From positions 344-64,343 of the forward strand of contig JAWXCF010000038.1 of assembly GCA_034440515.1 (NCBI GenBank): a stretch of DNA of 64,000 nucleotides, in the 5' to 3' direction. Source of the DNA: Bacteroidota bacterium. Lineage in GTDB: Bacteria; Bacteroidota; Bacteroidia; CAILMK01. The position numbers were made by a program, and so were the translations under genes. The notes under the pieces were generated by a model, which searched no databases, had not been told where the DNA came from, and saw only the letters and a program-made list of their open reading frames with translations. This document shows positions 23,423 to 34,380 of the stretch, in pieces; the first letter of the stretch is position 1, and each line of letters opens with the position of its first letter.

Positions 23423-23860
23423 TTAAAATGGGCTATCACCCGTTACGTTTATACCCATACTCCTCGCAGTGCCAGCTACCATACTCATTGCAGATTCAAC
23501 TGTGAAACAGTTTAAATCAGACATTTTGTCTTCTGCTATACCGCGTACTTGCTCCCAATTTACAGATGCAACCTTAATACGGTTGGGTTGGGCACTACCG
23601 CTTTTTAGTTTAGATACTTCTAATAGTTGTACCGGAACTGGAGGCGTCTTAATTATGAATTCGAAACTCTTATCGCTGTAAACAGTGATAACTACTGGCA
23701 ATACTTTGCCGGGTCTATCTTGCGTCCTTGCATTAAACTGCTTGCAAAACTCCATTATGTTTACACCTTTAGAACCTAATGCAGGTCCAATTGGTGGAGA
23801 TGGGTTCGCAGCGCCGCCTTTCACTTGTAACTTGATAAATCCTGTTACTTCTTTAGCCAT
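23423..23860 (-). CDS. rplK: 50S ribosomal protein L11
   Basis: 145 aa, [29 protein letters not shown]…, the L11 signature. Confidence 0.96.
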   Translation of the reverse strand: MAKEVTGFIKLQVKGGAANPSPPIGPALGSKGVNIMEFCKQFNARTQDRPGKVLPVVITVYSDKSFEFIIKTPPVPVQLLEVSKLKSGSAQPNRIKVASVNWEQVRGIAEDKMSDLNCFTVESAMSMVAGTARSMGINVTGDSPF

Positions 23861-23997
23861 TGCTTTACTTTAGTTTAGTATTCGTCACAATCCTATTGTT
23901 CTGTTACGAATAATATTTATACTTTTTATTAATTTTAATTAACTGGGGCAGTTACTCAATGCAACTGCATTTATACTTAAATTTATATTTCTATAAA

Positions 23998-24537
23998 CTA
24001 TACTTCTCGCTCTACTTGCATATAGTTAAGCTCAACTGGTGTGCTACGACCAAATATTTTAACTATAACAATCAATTTTTTCTTCTCTTCGTTGATTTCT
24101 TGAATCACACCAGTGAAGCCATTAAATGGTCCATCTATGACCTTAACAGATTCTTCCCTTAGGAAAGGAATTTCTTCCGTTGCACCTGCATTATTCATTT
24201 GGTCAACTATACCCAACATTTTATTGATTTCACTCAATCGCATTGGTTCAGGATCTCTTTTTGGTGGTAAAAATCCCAATACATCCGTTACAGACTTAAT
24301 GACACTTATTAATTCACCGTGTAGGTCACCCTCTATCATAATGTAGCCAGGGAATGTGTTTCTCTCCTTGAAAACTTTCTTGTTGTTTTTCAACTGAACT
24401 GTTTTCTCCATTGGAATGATAATCTGATTTATTAGTTCAGACATCTTCTCTCTTTCTAATTCTGACTCAATATGAAGCTTAATTTTCTTCTCTTTACCAG
24501 AGACTACTCTAAGCACATACCATTTAAATTCACGCAT
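23998..24537 (-). CDS. nusG: Transcription termination/antitermination factor NusG
   Basis: 179 aa, MREFKWYVLRVVSGKEKKIK…, with a KOW-like C-terminus. Position between secE and rplK. Confidence 0.92.
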   Translation of the reverse strand: MREFKWYVLRVVSGKEKKIKLHIESELEREKMSELINQIIIPMEKTVQLKNNKKVFKERNTFPGYIMIEGDLHGELISVIKSVTDVLGFLPPKRDPEPMRLSEINKMLGIVDQMNNAGATEEIPFLREESVKVIDGPFNGFTGVIQEINEEKKKLIVIVKIFGRSTPVELNYMQVEREV

Positions 24538-24586
24538 ATAACTAACTAATCAGATTTTAACAGATTATCAATCAGGTTTAATAAGA

Positions 24587-24778
24587 TTAAGCTCCGTAAA
24601 TAATTTTGAACAGTTGTTCAAGTATTGTATCAATACCAAATACCAATATGGCAATTAGCACAGATGCAATAAGCACTACAGTGGCACTGCTCTGTAACTC
24701 TTCCCAAGTAGGCCAAGTCACTTTATTCAGCAATTCATCTGTAGTCAACTCTATTGACTTTGAAATTCTTTCAAACAT
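24587..24778 (-). CDS. secE: Preprotein translocase subunit SecE
   Basis: 63 aa with a single TM helix, positioned immediately upstream of nusG. Confidence 0.85.
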   Translation of the reverse strand: MFERISKSIELTTDELLNKVTWPTWEELQSSATVVLIASVLIAILVFGIDTILEQLFKIIYGA

Positions 24779-24843
24779 CTTAATTAATCAATTATAATTA
24801 TGTAAGGTAGATGCAGTTGTTACACATACATCTTCGGCTAACG

Positions 24844-24916
24844 CACGGGCGGAGAGGCTCGAACTCCCAACCTGCGGTTTTGGAGACCGCTGCTCTACCA
24901 ATTGAGCCACACCCGT
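24844..24916 (-). tRNA. tRNA-Trp (anticodon CCA)
   Basis: The reverse complement folds as a cloverleaf (GCTC…GAGC D-arm, anticodon loop CT-CCA-AA, GTTCGAGCC T-arm). It sits between tuf and secE as in many bacteria. Confidence 0.85.
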
Positions 24917-25017
24917 ATTATTTAAAATACTTAAATCTCTGTCTAATTGCAATAAAAGGATAATATACGAGGGCACTAATACAGTACCCCCATACTTACC
25001 TATTTATTATTAGTTAA

Positions 25018-26205
25018 TTACTTAACTATTTCAGTTACTTGACCTGCACCTACTGTACGACCACCTTCACGAATTGCGAAACGAAGACCTTTCTCCATCG
25101 CAACTGGAGCGATTAATTTTACAGTGATAGATACATTATCGCCGGGCATTACCATTTCCATTCCTTCAGGTAAATTGATTTCACCAGTGATATCTGTAGT
25201 ACGGAAATAGAATTGTGGACGATATTTGTTAAAGAATGGTGTGTGACGACCACCTTCTTCTTTCTTCAATACATAGATTTCAGCTTTGAAGTCTGTGTGC
25301 GGAGTGATAGAACCTGGTTTACAGATTACCATACCACGACGTAAAGCTTCTTTCTCAATACCACGAAGTAGAAGACCAGCATTATCACCAGCTTCACCAC
25401 GGTCAAGTATTTTACGGAACATCTCAACACCTGTAACAGTAGATTTCAATGGTACTTCATTGTAACCTACGATTTCTACTGGATCTCCAGTGTTAATAAC
25501 GCCACGTTCGATACGACCAGTAGCAACTGTACCACGACCTGTGATTGAGAAAACATCCTCTACAGACATTGCAAAATCAAGATCAACAGCACGTGGAGGC
25601 AATGGAATGTAGCTATCTACATTTGTCATTAACTCCTCTACAGTTTCAATCCATTTTGGGTCATCGTTTAGTGCACCTAATGCAGAACCGCGAATAACTG
25701 GAGCATTGTCACCATCAAAATCGTAGAAAGACAACAGATCACGAATCTCCATCTCAACTAAGTCAAGAAGTTCTTCATCATCCACCATATCCACTTTGTT
25801 CATAAACACTACTAAAGCAGGTACACCAACCTGACGGGCTAATAGGATGTGCTCACGAGTCTGAGGCATAGGACCATCAGTAGATGCAACAACCAATATA
25901 GCACCGTCCATTTGTGCAGCGCCAGTTACCATGTTTTTAACATAGTCAGCGTGTCCAGGACAATCTACGTGTGCGTAGTGACGGTTAACAGTTTCATACT
26001 CCACGTGTGAAGTATTGATTGTAATTCCGCGCTCTTTTTCTTCAGGTGCGTTATCGATAGAATCGAATGAACGCTGTTGAGCGAAACCTTTCTTTGACAG
26101 AACGTGAGTAATAGCCGCAGTTAGCGTTGTCTTACCGTGGTCGACGTGACCGATGGTACCAATGTTGACGTGTGGCTTCGTCCTTTCAAATTTCTCTTTT
26201 GCCAT
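25018..26205 (-). CDS. tuf: Elongation factor Tu
   Basis: 395 aa, [28 protein letters not shown]…, a canonical EF-Tu. Confidence 0.98.
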   Translation of the reverse strand: MAKEKFERTKPHVNIGTIGHVDHGKTTLTAAITHVLSKKGFAQQRSFDSIDNAPEEKERGITINTSHVEYETVNRHYAHVDCPGHADYVKNMVTGAAQMDGAILVVASTDGPMPQTREHILLARQVGVPALVVFMNKVDMVDDEELLDLVEMEIRDLLSFYDFDGDNAPVIRGSALGALNDDPKWIETVEELMTNVDSYIPLPPRAVDLDFAMSVEDVFSITGRGTVATGRIERGVINTGDPVEIVGYNEVPLKSTVTGVEMFRKILDRGEAGDNAGLLLRGIEKEALRRGMVICKPGSITPHTDFKAEIYVLKKEEGGRHTPFFNKYRPQFYFRTTDITGEINLPEGMEMVMPGDNVSITVKLIAPVAMEKGLRFAIREGGRTVGAGQVTEIVK

Positions 26206-26262
26206 GACGGGTTAAATTATAAAATTGATTTCGTTAATTTCGTTAAGTAAATAAAAGCGATG

Positions 26263-26334
<72 letters not shown>

Positions 26335-26521
26335 TTTACGTCTAATATTGTGTATTCTTCCAGTAAATCTACTTTTATTTCTACATAAAATTAGAGGGGC
26401 AAAGATAATGAAAAGTTATCTTTAAATCCACAAAAACTTTATAAAGTAATAAATTAATTTAATTCGGACCTTTTCTAGAAAATATTTTAGTCTAGATACC
26501 TGCTTCAATTTTAATATCGTG

Positions 26522-26594
26522 AGCGGGAGACGAGACTCGGACTCGCGACCCTCAGCTTGGAAGGCTGATGCTCTACCAACTGAGCTACTCCCGC
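26522..26594 (-). tRNA. tRNA-Gly (anticodon TCC)
   Basis: RC reads GCGGGAGTAGCTCAGTTGGTAGAGC…, anticodon loop CT-TCC-AA, perfect 7-bp acceptor stem. Confidence 0.85.
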
Positions 26595-26762
26595 ATAGAT
26601 ATTAATATGTTAATCGTAAAACCGTCAGCGTATCAATAGATACTTTGGTACTAACTGTCTTAGTAATTATTGGGCAGATATAGTCTTTTTCTTCAAGGCT
26701 ATATGAGGAAGCATATGACTAACGATTCAAGTAACATTATGAATCAGATTAGTGCCTTGAGC

Positions 26763-26785
26763 AAAAAAAGAGATTATATCTCTTT
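26763..26785 (-). terminator. Terminator-like hairpin between tRNA-Tyr and tRNA-Gly
   Basis: Plus strand reads aaaaaaAGAGAT-tat-ATCTCTtt, a near-perfect palindrome. On the minus strand the hairpin is followed by U6-7. It lies inside a 210-bp spacer within the tRNA cluster upstream of tuf. Confidence 0.35.
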
Positions 26786-26805
26786 ACAATAATTGCAATC
26801 TTAAG

Positions 26806-26888
26806 TGGGGAGAGAAGGATTCGAACCTTCGAAGAATTACTTCAACGGAGTTACAGTCCGTCCCATTTGGCCACTCTGGTATCTCCCC
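26806..26888 (-). tRNA. tRNA-Tyr (anticodon GTA), long variable arm
   Basis: RC reads GGGGAGATACCAGAGTGGCCAAATGGG…GACTGTAACTCC… with a long extra arm and GGTTCGAATCC T-arm. It closely resembles bacterial tRNA-Tyr. Confidence 0.85.
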
Positions 26889-26953
26889 AGCTTTATCTTT
26901 AAACTTATATATAATGCCTGATGTAAAATAAAGAGCCGACAGACGGACTCGAA

Positions 26954-27027
26954 CCGCCGACCTGCTGATTACAAATCAGCAGCTCTACCAACTGAGCTAT
27001 GCCGGCTTACTCTACATATGAAATTGA
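26954..27027 (-). tRNA. tRNA-Thr (anticodon TGT)
   Basis: RC reads GCCGGCATAGCTCAGTTGGTAGAGC…, anticodon loop TT-TGT-AA, T-arm GGTTCGAGTCC. Confidence 0.85.
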
Positions 27028-27173
27028 AATTAGGGCTAATTACTCCCTATTTCCAACTGCTTACATCAAGCACATTATAATCAATACTATAAAGATCTAA
27101 ATATCTTGTTACCCTCAATTTTCGTAAGGGACTGCAAAGATAATTAGTTTCATAATATTTCCAACAATAGTAA

Positions 27174-27464
27174 TTAATTATTTTTTAGGGTAGTTTCCTT
27201 GTACTTCTTTATTTGTCGTGTCATTACTTCAACGGCACGGTCTAGCGCGCTGGCAAATGTGTCGCCTTTTTCCTTTACAAACAAGGTATCGTTTTTAACT
27301 ATGCACTTTATTTCTATCTCCTTATGATCTTTACTATCGTGTAGATATACTATAGCATCTACTATGTTTTCATAGAAGTGCTCCAATTTAGATACTTTTG
27401 TTTCGATGGTTTCTTTCAATTCTGCACTTACATCTAAGTGGTTTAACTCCATTCTTATTCGCAT
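27174..27464 (-). CDS. hpf: Ribosome hibernation promoting factor (short HPF/RaiA family)
   Basis: 96 aa, …MELNHLDVSAELKETIETKVSKLEHFYENIVDAIVYL…. The size and sequence match the S30AE/HPF family. Two in-frame ATGs (27464 and 27452) are candidate starts. Confidence 0.75.
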   Translation of the reverse strand: MRIRMELNHLDVSAELKETIETKVSKLEHFYENIVDAIVYLHDSKDHKEIEIKCIVKNDTLFVKEKGDTFASALDRAVEVMTRQIKKYKETTLKNN

Positions 27465-27465
27465 A

Positions 27466-28389
27466 TCATTCTTTACTTTTAGGGTGAGACAATTTGTAAA
27501 TTTCCTTTAACCTGGCAATATTGGTATGTGTATAGACTTGAGTAGCTGCCAGACTGCTGTGCCCAAGTAGTTCTTTAATAGCGTTTATATCAGCCCCATT
27601 GTTTAGTAGTTCCGTGGCATAACTATGCCTAAGTGAGTGTGGATTTGTTACAGTATTATTATTAATTTTTCCTAACTCTCTATTAATTAATCTATCTACT
27701 AGAACTGGATAAAGTGGATCTCCTTTAGGGGTCAGAAACAAATTCTTCGCATTTTGGATCAAGTTTGCCCTATAGGTTAAGTAAGTGCTTATTAACTCTA
27801 CTAATGTTTTTGTGATGGGTACTATACGTTGTTTGGACCGTTTACCTAATACCTTAATCTGTAATTGTGCTAAGTCTATATTAGTAACTTGAAGCTCTAT
27901 CAGCTCTGCCCTACGTAAACCAGCACCATAGCATAGTTCTAATATCAATCTATCTCTAACAGATATAAAATCGTCTGCGACTTTATATTCTTCACTGTCT
28001 AATAATTGATTTATGTTGGCAGCGGGAATAAAGTCTATGACTCGTTTAGGCCCCTTAACAGCAGGTATTGACTTGACAGGATTGTAATTAACCTGTTCTG
28101 CTCGAATTAGGAATTTGTAGAAAGAATTAAGAGATATTCTTTTTCTATTAATGCTTTTGTTTGCCAGACCTTCTGCTGATAATGCATATATCCAGTTTCT
28201 AACTTGGGGTATAGTTATTACATTAACATTTGATTGCTGCAAATCAAGTATTTTTTCTTCTTTGGTTTGAATGAAGCCAACATTAATAAAGCTGAAGAAT
28301 TGGGTAACATCGCTGATGTATGCTGATATTGTATTGGGAGAATATCTGCGTTCATTTTTCAAATATTTATGAAATGAATCTATCAACAT
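27466..28389 (-). CDS. Tyrosine recombinase, XerC/XerD family
   Basis: 307 aa with an N-terminal SAM-like domain and a C-terminal catalytic domain bearing R…HxxR…Y residues (…HSLRHSYATELL…LGHSSLAATQVYTH…). The rpsU-xerC-hpf arrangement is conserved in Bacteroidetes, so this is a housekeeping recombinase rather than a mobile-element integrase. Confidence 0.8.
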   Translation of the reverse strand: MLIDSFHKYLKNERRYSPNTISAYISDVTQFFSFINVGFIQTKEEKILDLQQSNVNVITIPQVRNWIYALSAEGLANKSINRKRISLNSFYKFLIRAEQVNYNPVKSIPAVKGPKRVIDFIPAANINQLLDSEEYKVADDFISVRDRLILELCYGAGLRRAELIELQVTNIDLAQLQIKVLGKRSKQRIVPITKTLVELISTYLTYRANLIQNAKNLFLTPKGDPLYPVLVDRLINRELGKINNNTVTNPHSLRHSYATELLNNGADINAIKELLGHSSLAATQVYTHTNIARLKEIYKLSHPKSKE

Positions 28390-28552
28390 ATACTGCTAAA
28401 ATACAAAAAACAATCCAAATTGGTGCATCTATCAAATAATTGAAGTAAACCTATGTTGTTTTAATAGAAAAAGCCCAAATAAATAAATATTTGAGCTTGC
28501 TATATGCTTATTTACTACACCCTTAGATATAGCTATACTTTAGCTATCTAAA

Positions 28553-28747
28553 TTAAGCTTGTTCGCCCTCAGCAAACGTTTGCTTGTATATGGCTTTACT
28601 CACCATATTACGCTGCTTGATGCTATCTTTAATGAAATAGCGACGACCACGAAATTCTTTGATGGTGCCTGCCTTTTCCATTTTCTTTTTAAAACGTTTT
28701 AATGCTTTATCTATGGCTTCGTTTTCTCTTATGGTAACCTTGATCAT
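28553..28747 (-). CDS. rpsU: 30S ribosomal protein S21
   Basis: 64 aa, basic, with the pattern …ALKRFKKKMEKAGTIKEFRGRRYF…, typical of S21. Confidence 0.85.
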   Translation of the reverse strand: MIKVTIRENEAIDKALKRFKKKMEKAGTIKEFRGRRYFIKDSIKQRNMVSKAIYKQTFAEGEQA

Positions 28748-28832
28748 TTATAGTAGAAACTAACTAATTTTATTAAGTAGGAGTGCAAAAGTAAGAATAA
28801 TTTTAATCTAGACCAAATATATGATATATTAT

Positions 28833-29279
28833 TTATTCAATTATCAGACGTTTACTAGCACGGTAGTATTGTGTAAGAATATTTTCAGCAACATTTAGAA
28901 ACTCAACTGCCTTAGATATAAATTCAGGTGTTAATTGATCAAAGCCATTTTCGTTTTGCAATACATACTTGATTTTATCAAATCCATCTTCAAATACTGG
29001 TAAACTTTTCTCTGTTTCTAGCACCATATTAGTGTCAATTTGCAGCATTTCTTTTACAGTAGTAATGCTATTCTTAGTCATTTCTACTTGAGTAGTCATT
29101 TGGTTTAAGGCGTTATTCAAATTAAAAAACAATTCCTCAGCAGGGCTATTGAAAACTTTAGCTTCAGGTTGACTGGTATTGCTAATGAAAGACTCGTGGT
29201 CTATGTGTGCTTGCTTTAACAGGCTCTTTAAGTCCTCATAAGAAAAATTATCTCTGTTTTGATTCTCTAAGTTTTCCAT
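28833..29279 (-). CDS. Hypothetical protein (148 aa, no signal peptide)
   Basis: Clean ORF with an ATG start. No recognisable motifs. Confidence 0.5.
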   Translation of the reverse strand: MENLENQNRDNFSYEDLKSLLKQAHIDHESFISNTSQPEAKVFNSPAEELFFNLNNALNQMTTQVEMTKNSITTVKEMLQIDTNMVLETEKSLPVFEDGFDKIKYVLQNENGFDQLTPEFISKAVEFLNVAENILTQYYRASKRLIIE

Positions 29280-29348
29280 TTATTTAATTGATGTTTTTGG
29301 CAATTTACCTGCAACTTAATTTTGTATAAGATTATATAACGCAATAAA

Positions 29349-29386
29349 CCCCGTAATGTATTGTACAATATGGGGAAATTTTTTTT
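29349..29386. terminator. Possible bidirectional hairpin/terminator between acyl-CoA dehydrogenase and hypothetical gene
   Basis: CCCCGTA…TATGGGG stem (29349-29375) followed by T8 on the plus strand. The minus-strand reading has only a modest U run. Confidence 0.3.
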
Positions 29387-29403
29387 CAAAAATGCATATA
29401 TGT

Positions 29404-30552
29404 TTACTTATTACCTTTTAATATTTCTCTAGCTATGACCAACTTTTGAATTTCGCTGGTACCTTCTCCTATAGTACAAAGTTTGCTATCGCGATAAAAT
29501 TTTTCTACAGGGAAATCTTTAGTATAGCCGTACCCACCAAATATTTGTATTGCATCTGTTGCTACTTTTACGCAAACTTCACTGGCATAATATTTCGCCA
29601 TAGCTGACTCTTTGGTCATCTTTTGCTTTTTATTTTTTCTATCGGCGGCTTGATACAGTAACAATTCTGATGCTTCTATTTCTGTAGCCATATCAGCTAA
29701 TTTAAACGATATAGCTTGAAAACTAGATATTGGCTGATTGAATTGATGTCTCTCTTGTGCATATTTTAGGCTAGCCTCATAGGCGCCTTTTGCAATTCCT
29801 AAACTTAATGCACCAATGCTAATTCTGCCGCCGTCAAGTACCTTCATAGACTGTACAAAACCATCGCCCACCTCACCCAATCTTTGGGTATCAGGAATTC
29901 TACAATTGTCAAACAACATTTCTGTAGTTTCGCTACAACGCATTCCTAGTTTATTCTCTTTTCTACCACCTTCAAAACCAGGTGTACCACGCTCAACTAC
30001 AAATGCAGTCATACCGTGACTATCACCACGTTCGCCTGTCCGTACTATTACTACAGCAACCTCAGCTGATGTCCCGTGAGTAATCCAACATTTAGCGCCA
30101 TTTATTATCCAATCGTCCCCATCTTTTTCAGCTACAGTCATCATATTTCCAGCGTCACTACCTGTATTTGGTTCTGTAAGACCCCAAGCACCCAGCCATT
30201 GACCAGTGGCTAACTTAGGTAGCCATCTCATTTTTTGCTCTTCATTTCCAAATTCTAATATATGCCCCGTACACAGACTATTATGTGCTGCCACACTTAG
30301 TCCTATACTTGGGTCAACTTTAGATATTTCATCAATTACAGTTATGTATTCGAAATAACCTAAGCCAGAACCTCCATATTGCTCAGGAACCAAAACACCC
30401 ATATACCCTTGCTCGCCAAGTTTATAGAATAAATCTCTTGGAAAGTGTTGGCTTTCATCCCAATCCATAATGTTTGGGCGTATTTCTTTCTCGACAAATG
30501 TTTTCAATGCATCAGCAATCATCCGCTGATTATCATTTTGTAAATAATCCAT
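29404..30552 (-). CDS. Acyl-CoA dehydrogenase (short/branched-chain type)
   Basis: 382 aa with a conserved ACAD fold. A catalytic Glu lies near the C-terminus (…YRDSKLCTIGEGTSEIQKLVIAREIL…) and FAD-binding motifs are present. Confidence 0.9.
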   Translation of the reverse strand: MDYLQNDNQRMIADALKTFVEKEIRPNIMDWDESQHFPRDLFYKLGEQGYMGVLVPEQYGGSGLGYFEYITVIDEISKVDPSIGLSVAAHNSLCTGHILEFGNEEQKMRWLPKLATGQWLGAWGLTEPNTGSDAGNMMTVAEKDGDDWIINGAKCWITHGTSAEVAVVIVRTGERGDSHGMTAFVVERGTPGFEGGRKENKLGMRCSETTEMLFDNCRIPDTQRLGEVGDGFVQSMKVLDGGRISIGALSLGIAKGAYEASLKYAQERHQFNQPISSFQAISFKLADMATEIEASELLLYQAADRKNKKQKMTKESAMAKYYASEVCVKVATDAIQIFGGYGYTKDFPVEKFYRDSKLCTIGEGTSEIQKLVIAREILKGNK

Positions 30553-30732
30553 TCTGACCGTTATTGAAGTATAAGTATGTAAATAATTAGCAACAAATTA
30601 AATACTTAAAGCCCGTAATAAAGCAAACATTTATAAGTTAAGCCTGTAATTAAGGAAATAGTAATAATAGTAAATGTTATTATAAATTAAGAAAGAAGAC
30701 CATAATCTAATACCTATTTCTAATTAAAGAAA

Positions 30733-31566
30733 CTACTTTGAAATGTCAAAACTTAAGTAAGGCAACAACTTTTCAATTTCCTCATCACTAAATACTTTCA
30801 TAGATTTTAAGTCTGCTATACCAGTAATAGGATGTTGATTTTTACGAAAATTTATAATGGCATTAGCCTGCTGTGATGATATGTAAGGATGAAGATTTAG
30901 ACTCTCATAGTTAGTTTCGTTTACAACTAATTTCTTAATTGGTTTCACCAGTCTCATATACGGCCTAGCTAATTCAAATTGAGACATTTCCACCCCATAA
31001 GTTTCAGCCACTTGTGTGATATTTGCAAACCCGCCTAGATTTTTTCTAAATCGCAATATCTTACCTGCATACACAGGCCCAATACCGGGTAGAGAAATAA
31101 ATTGGATGCTGTCAGCACTATTTATGTCTATAGCCACAAGTTTCTTGCTAACAAATGCATCTTTTCCATTTTGGTTTGGTAAGGTTAAATTTGGCAATAG
31201 TCTTAGGTAAGTACTTGAATCTATTGCATATAATCTCTTTACGTCTTCCGCTTTATAGAACTTACCACCTTTTACTCTATATTTCACCCATTGTTCCGCT
31301 TGCCTTACGCTAAGTCCTAATAAAAGCAAACTATCATAGGAAATTACATTGGGGTTAAATGAGAAATTAGCTGGTTTATTATTTAATTGAGAATCGGATT
31401 TCTCGTCTTTCGTCTTTTCTTTGATTTCATGTAAATAAATATCAGGGTTTGGTGCCCAATACCTGATAGTATATTGAATAAACAGGCACACCAATATGAT
31501 AAAAGCCAATACGAAAAGCCCCCTTATCCTTGATTTACTAATGTTATTCTCTGGTTTTTGATCCAT
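30733..31566 (-). CDS. ComEA-like helix-hairpin-helix DNA-binding membrane protein
   Basis: 277 aa with an N-terminal TM segment (LFVLAFIILVCLFIQYTI) and two HhH motifs (…INSADSIQFISLPGIGPVYAGKIL…, …LNLHPYISSQQANAIINFRK…). Confidence 0.65.
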   Translation of the reverse strand: MDQKPENNISKSRIRGLFVLAFIILVCLFIQYTIRYWAPNPDIYLHEIKEKTKDEKSDSQLNNKPANFSFNPNVISYDSLLLLGLSVRQAEQWVKYRVKGGKFYKAEDVKRLYAIDSSTYLRLLPNLTLPNQNGKDAFVSKKLVAIDINSADSIQFISLPGIGPVYAGKILRFRKNLGGFANITQVAETYGVEMSQFELARPYMRLVKPIKKLVVNETNYESLNLHPYISSQQANAIINFRKNQHPITGIADLKSMKVFSDEEIEKLLPYLSFDISK

Positions 31567-31750
31567 AAATACAACTGGTTCAAAATTATTCGATTTTAGT
31601 AGAATAACTAAACTGAATTTTTGGTGAACTCAAGCCGGTAAACCAACAGTACAAGCTTAAAAAACTGTCAAATTGTCAGTCTCATATCGTAGATTTGTAT
31701 TATAAAATTTAATTTAAGGTTTGGAAAGTTTAGAGACAAAGATTGAGCGT

Positions 31751-33097
31751 ATGCCCCAAAAAAAACTTTATATAGAAAGTTACGGCTGCCAAATGAATTT
31801 TAGTGACAGCGAAGTAGTTGCATCGATAATGATAGCAGATGGTTATGTCTCTACTAAGATAATGGAGGAAGCGAATGCAGTATTTTTAAATACCTGTGCA
31901 ATTCGAGATAATGCAGAACAACGTGTCAGACAAAGACTTACTGAGATAAATCAAGTTAAGCTAAAACGCCCAGACTTAATTATTGGCGTATTAGGGTGTA
32001 TGGCAGAACGACTAAAGACCAAGTTGCTAGAAGAAGAAAAAATGGTTGATATCGTTGTAGGTCCAGATGCTTATAGAGATTTGCCCAGACTAGTGGCTAC
32101 TGCAGAGTCTGGTCAAAAAGCTGTTAATGTATTCCTAAGTAGAGAGGAAACTTATGCTGACATAAGCCCAGTTCGATTAGACGCCAACGGCATAAGTGCA
32201 TTTGTGAGCATAATGCGGGGTTGCGATAATATGTGCAGTTTCTGTGTAGTTCCCTATACCCGTGGTAGAGAGCGGAGCAGAGATCCTGAAACAATAATAC
32301 AAGAAACCAAAGAACTGGTACTAGCTGGCTACAGAGAGGTAACATTACTTGGGCAAAACGTAGATAGCTACAAGTACACCAATCCTGCTAGCACCGAAGC
32401 TGTGAGCTTTGCACAACTTCTTGAATTGGTTGCCTTAGTATCTCCAATACTCAGGGTAAGATTCTCTACCAGTCATCCGAAGGATATAACAGAAGATGTG
32501 ATCTTAACAATGAAACGAAACGAAAACATCTGTAACTACATCCACTTACCAGTACAGAGTGGAAGTACCAAGATACTAGCGTTGATGAACCGTACTTATA
32601 CCCGAGAATGGTATTTGAATAGAATTGAAATGATTAGGAAACATTTACCAGATGTAGGCCTTAGTTCAGATATAATAGCTGGATTCTGTAATGAAACTGA
32701 AGAAGATCATCAAGAAACCTTATCTATGATAGAGATAGTAAAGTATGACTTCCTTTATAACTTCACCTACAATGAACGCCCAGGCACACCTGCAGCCAAA
32801 AAACTGCAAGATGATGTACCAGAAGCTACTAAGAAACGAAGGTTACAAGAAATAGTTGACCTGCAAAGAAGTTACAGTAAGATATTAAATAATACTATGA
32901 TAGGCAAAACCGTGAAAATACTAATAGACGGTGACAGTAAGAAAAGCAACGAAATGTTAAGAGGGCGAACTGACCAAAATACAGTAGTTGTGTTTCCAAA
33001 AGAAAATTATAAAAAAGGTGAATACGTTTACGTATTCATCAATTCATCGACCAGTGCTACTCTATTGGGTCAAGCAATTGGCTTCGAATTAAATTAA
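31751..33097 (+). CDS. miaB: tRNA-2-methylthio-N6-dimethylallyladenosine synthase (MiaB-type radical SAM methylthiotransferase)
   Basis: The ORF track starts at a TTG (31721). The ATG at 31751 gives [16 protein letters not shown]…, the canonical MTTase N-terminus. It carries the radical-SAM CxxxCxxC motif ([15 protein letters not shown]) and a C-terminal TRAM domain. Confidence 0.88.
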   Translation: MPQKKLYIESYGCQMNFSDSEVVASIMIADGYVSTKIMEEANAVFLNTCAIRDNAEQRVRQRLTEINQVKLKRPDLIIGVLGCMAERLKTKLLEEEKMVDIVVGPDAYRDLPRLVATAESGQKAVNVFLSREETYADISPVRLDANGISAFVSIMRGCDNMCSFCVVPYTRGRERSRDPETIIQETKELVLAGYREVTLLGQNVDSYKYTNPASTEAVSFAQLLELVALVSPILRVRFSTSHPKDITEDVILTMKRNENICNYIHLPVQSGSTKILALMNRTYTREWYLNRIEMIRKHLPDVGLSSDIIAGFCNETEEDHQETLSMIEIVKYDFLYNFTYNERPGTPAAKKLQDDVPEATKKRRLQEIVDLQRSYSKILNNTMIGKTVKILIDGDSKKSNEMLRGRTDQNTVVVFPKENYKKGEYVYVFINSSTSATLLGQAIGFELN

Positions 33098-33108
33098 AAA
33101 AATGCTAA

Positions 33109-34380
33109 GTGAGTAAAATACAAGACATAAAAAACAAATTTGAGATAGTGGGTAACCATCCTTCTTTAATAAATGCATTAGAAATAGCCGTAAAAGTTGC
33201 ACCGACAGACATCACTGCCCTAATATTAGGTGAAAGCGGCGTGGGTAAAGAAGCTATAAGTAAGATAATACATAGCTTAAGTAAGCGTAAACACAATAAT
33301 TTTATTGCCATAAACTGTGGCGCAATACCAGCCGGTACCATAGATTCAGAATTATTCGGTCACGAGAAGGGTTCATTTACCAGTGCAGTTGACTCTAGAA
33401 AGGGATATTTTGAAACGGTAGATGGAGGTACTATTTTCCTAGACGAAGTCGGAGAAATGCCCCTAGAAACGCAAAGTAGACTACTAAGAGTATTAGAATC
33501 AGGTGAATTTATAAAAGTAGGTAGCAGCAAGGTCCAAAAAACAAATGTGCGAGTTATTGCAGCCACAAATAGAGACCTATTAAGCTATGCCAGAGAGGGG
33601 AAATTTAGAGAAGACTTGTACTATAGGCTTAGTACAGTAACAATTAAAATGCCCCCGCTACGTGACAGAGCTACAGATATACCAATGCTATTTGCGCGAT
33701 TCGTTTCAGACATTTCAGACAAATACAGCATTCCTCCAATTGAAATAACACACGAAGCAATGGAACAAATGCAAATGTTCCCTTGGCCAGGTAACATCAG
33801 GCAATTAAGAAACTTTGTTGAGCAAATTTGTATATTAGAGGCAGACAGACTACTAGAGGCAGATACTGTTATAAAATATTTACCAGATTTACCTAAAGAC
33901 AAATATCCTAAAGGTTCAGTATTGCCAGCAGTATTGCCTCAACAAACTGATTTCACTAATGAACGTGAAATTATGTATCAATACCTGTCAGACATTAAGT
34001 CTCAGTTGAATAACATTCAGACTATGCTAATTAATTTAGCAGGGGTTAATTTTCAAGGCTTCAATGCAAATCCAATAATGCCCCTACACAACCCTAACAA
34101 GTTGCTAATGACAGGTAATACAGAGGAGAATAGCAACATTAACCCTCAAATCATTTATGCTAAATCTAACAGAAGGCAAGATGACTACGTTAATAATACT
34201 GACGAAGATGAATTTATTCAAAAACCAATAGGGAACGTAGTTAGCCTGCAAGACCACGAACGTGAATTGATAAAAAAATCTCTTACTAAGCACCAAGGGA
34301 AAAGAAAGCTAGCTGCCAAAGAACTAGGCATTAGCGAACGTACCCTATATCGGAAAATAAAAGAGTATGACTTACAATAA
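33109..34380 (+). CDS. Sigma-54-dependent transcriptional activator (AAA+ EBP) lacking an N-terminal sensor/receiver domain
   Basis: 423 aa beginning directly with the sigma-54 interaction domain (Walker A GESGVGKE, ESELFGHEKGSFTSA, RVIAATNRDL). A Q/N-rich linker follows, then a C-terminal Fis-type HTH (KRKLAAKELGISERTLYRKIKEY). The start codon is GTG at 33109, with TAA immediately upstream in frame. Confidence 0.85.
   Translation: MSKIQDIKNKFEIVGNHPSLINALEIAVKVAPTDITALILGESGVGKEAISKIIHSLSKRKHNNFIAINCGAIPAGTIDSELFGHEKGSFTSAVDSRKGYFETVDGGTIFLDEVGEMPLETQSRLLRVLESGEFIKVGSSKVQKTNVRVIAATNRDLLSYAREGKFREDLYYRLSTVTIKMPPLRDRATDIPMLFARFVSDISDKYSIPPIEITHEAMEQMQMFPWPGNIRQLRNFVEQICILEADRLLEADTVIKYLPDLPKDKYPKGSVLPAVLPQQTDFTNEREIMYQYLSDIKSQLNNIQTMLINLAGVNFQGFNANPIMPLHNPNKLLMTGNTEENSNINPQIIYAKSNRRQDDYVNNTDEDEFIQKPIGNVVSLQDHERELIKKSLTKHQGKRKLAAKELGISERTLYRKIKEYDLQ

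Noticed and set aside
24788-24976. 62-aa ORF overlapping the tRNA-Trp region
   Set aside because: Its sequence is the reverse-strand reading of the tRNA-Trp gene and flanks. The tRNA assignment explains the conservation.
27466-28389. Tyrosine recombinase as a marker of a mobile element or prophage
   Set aside because: There are no flanking repeats, no phage, ICE or transposon genes, and the rpsU-xerC-hpf context is a conserved housekeeping arrangement.
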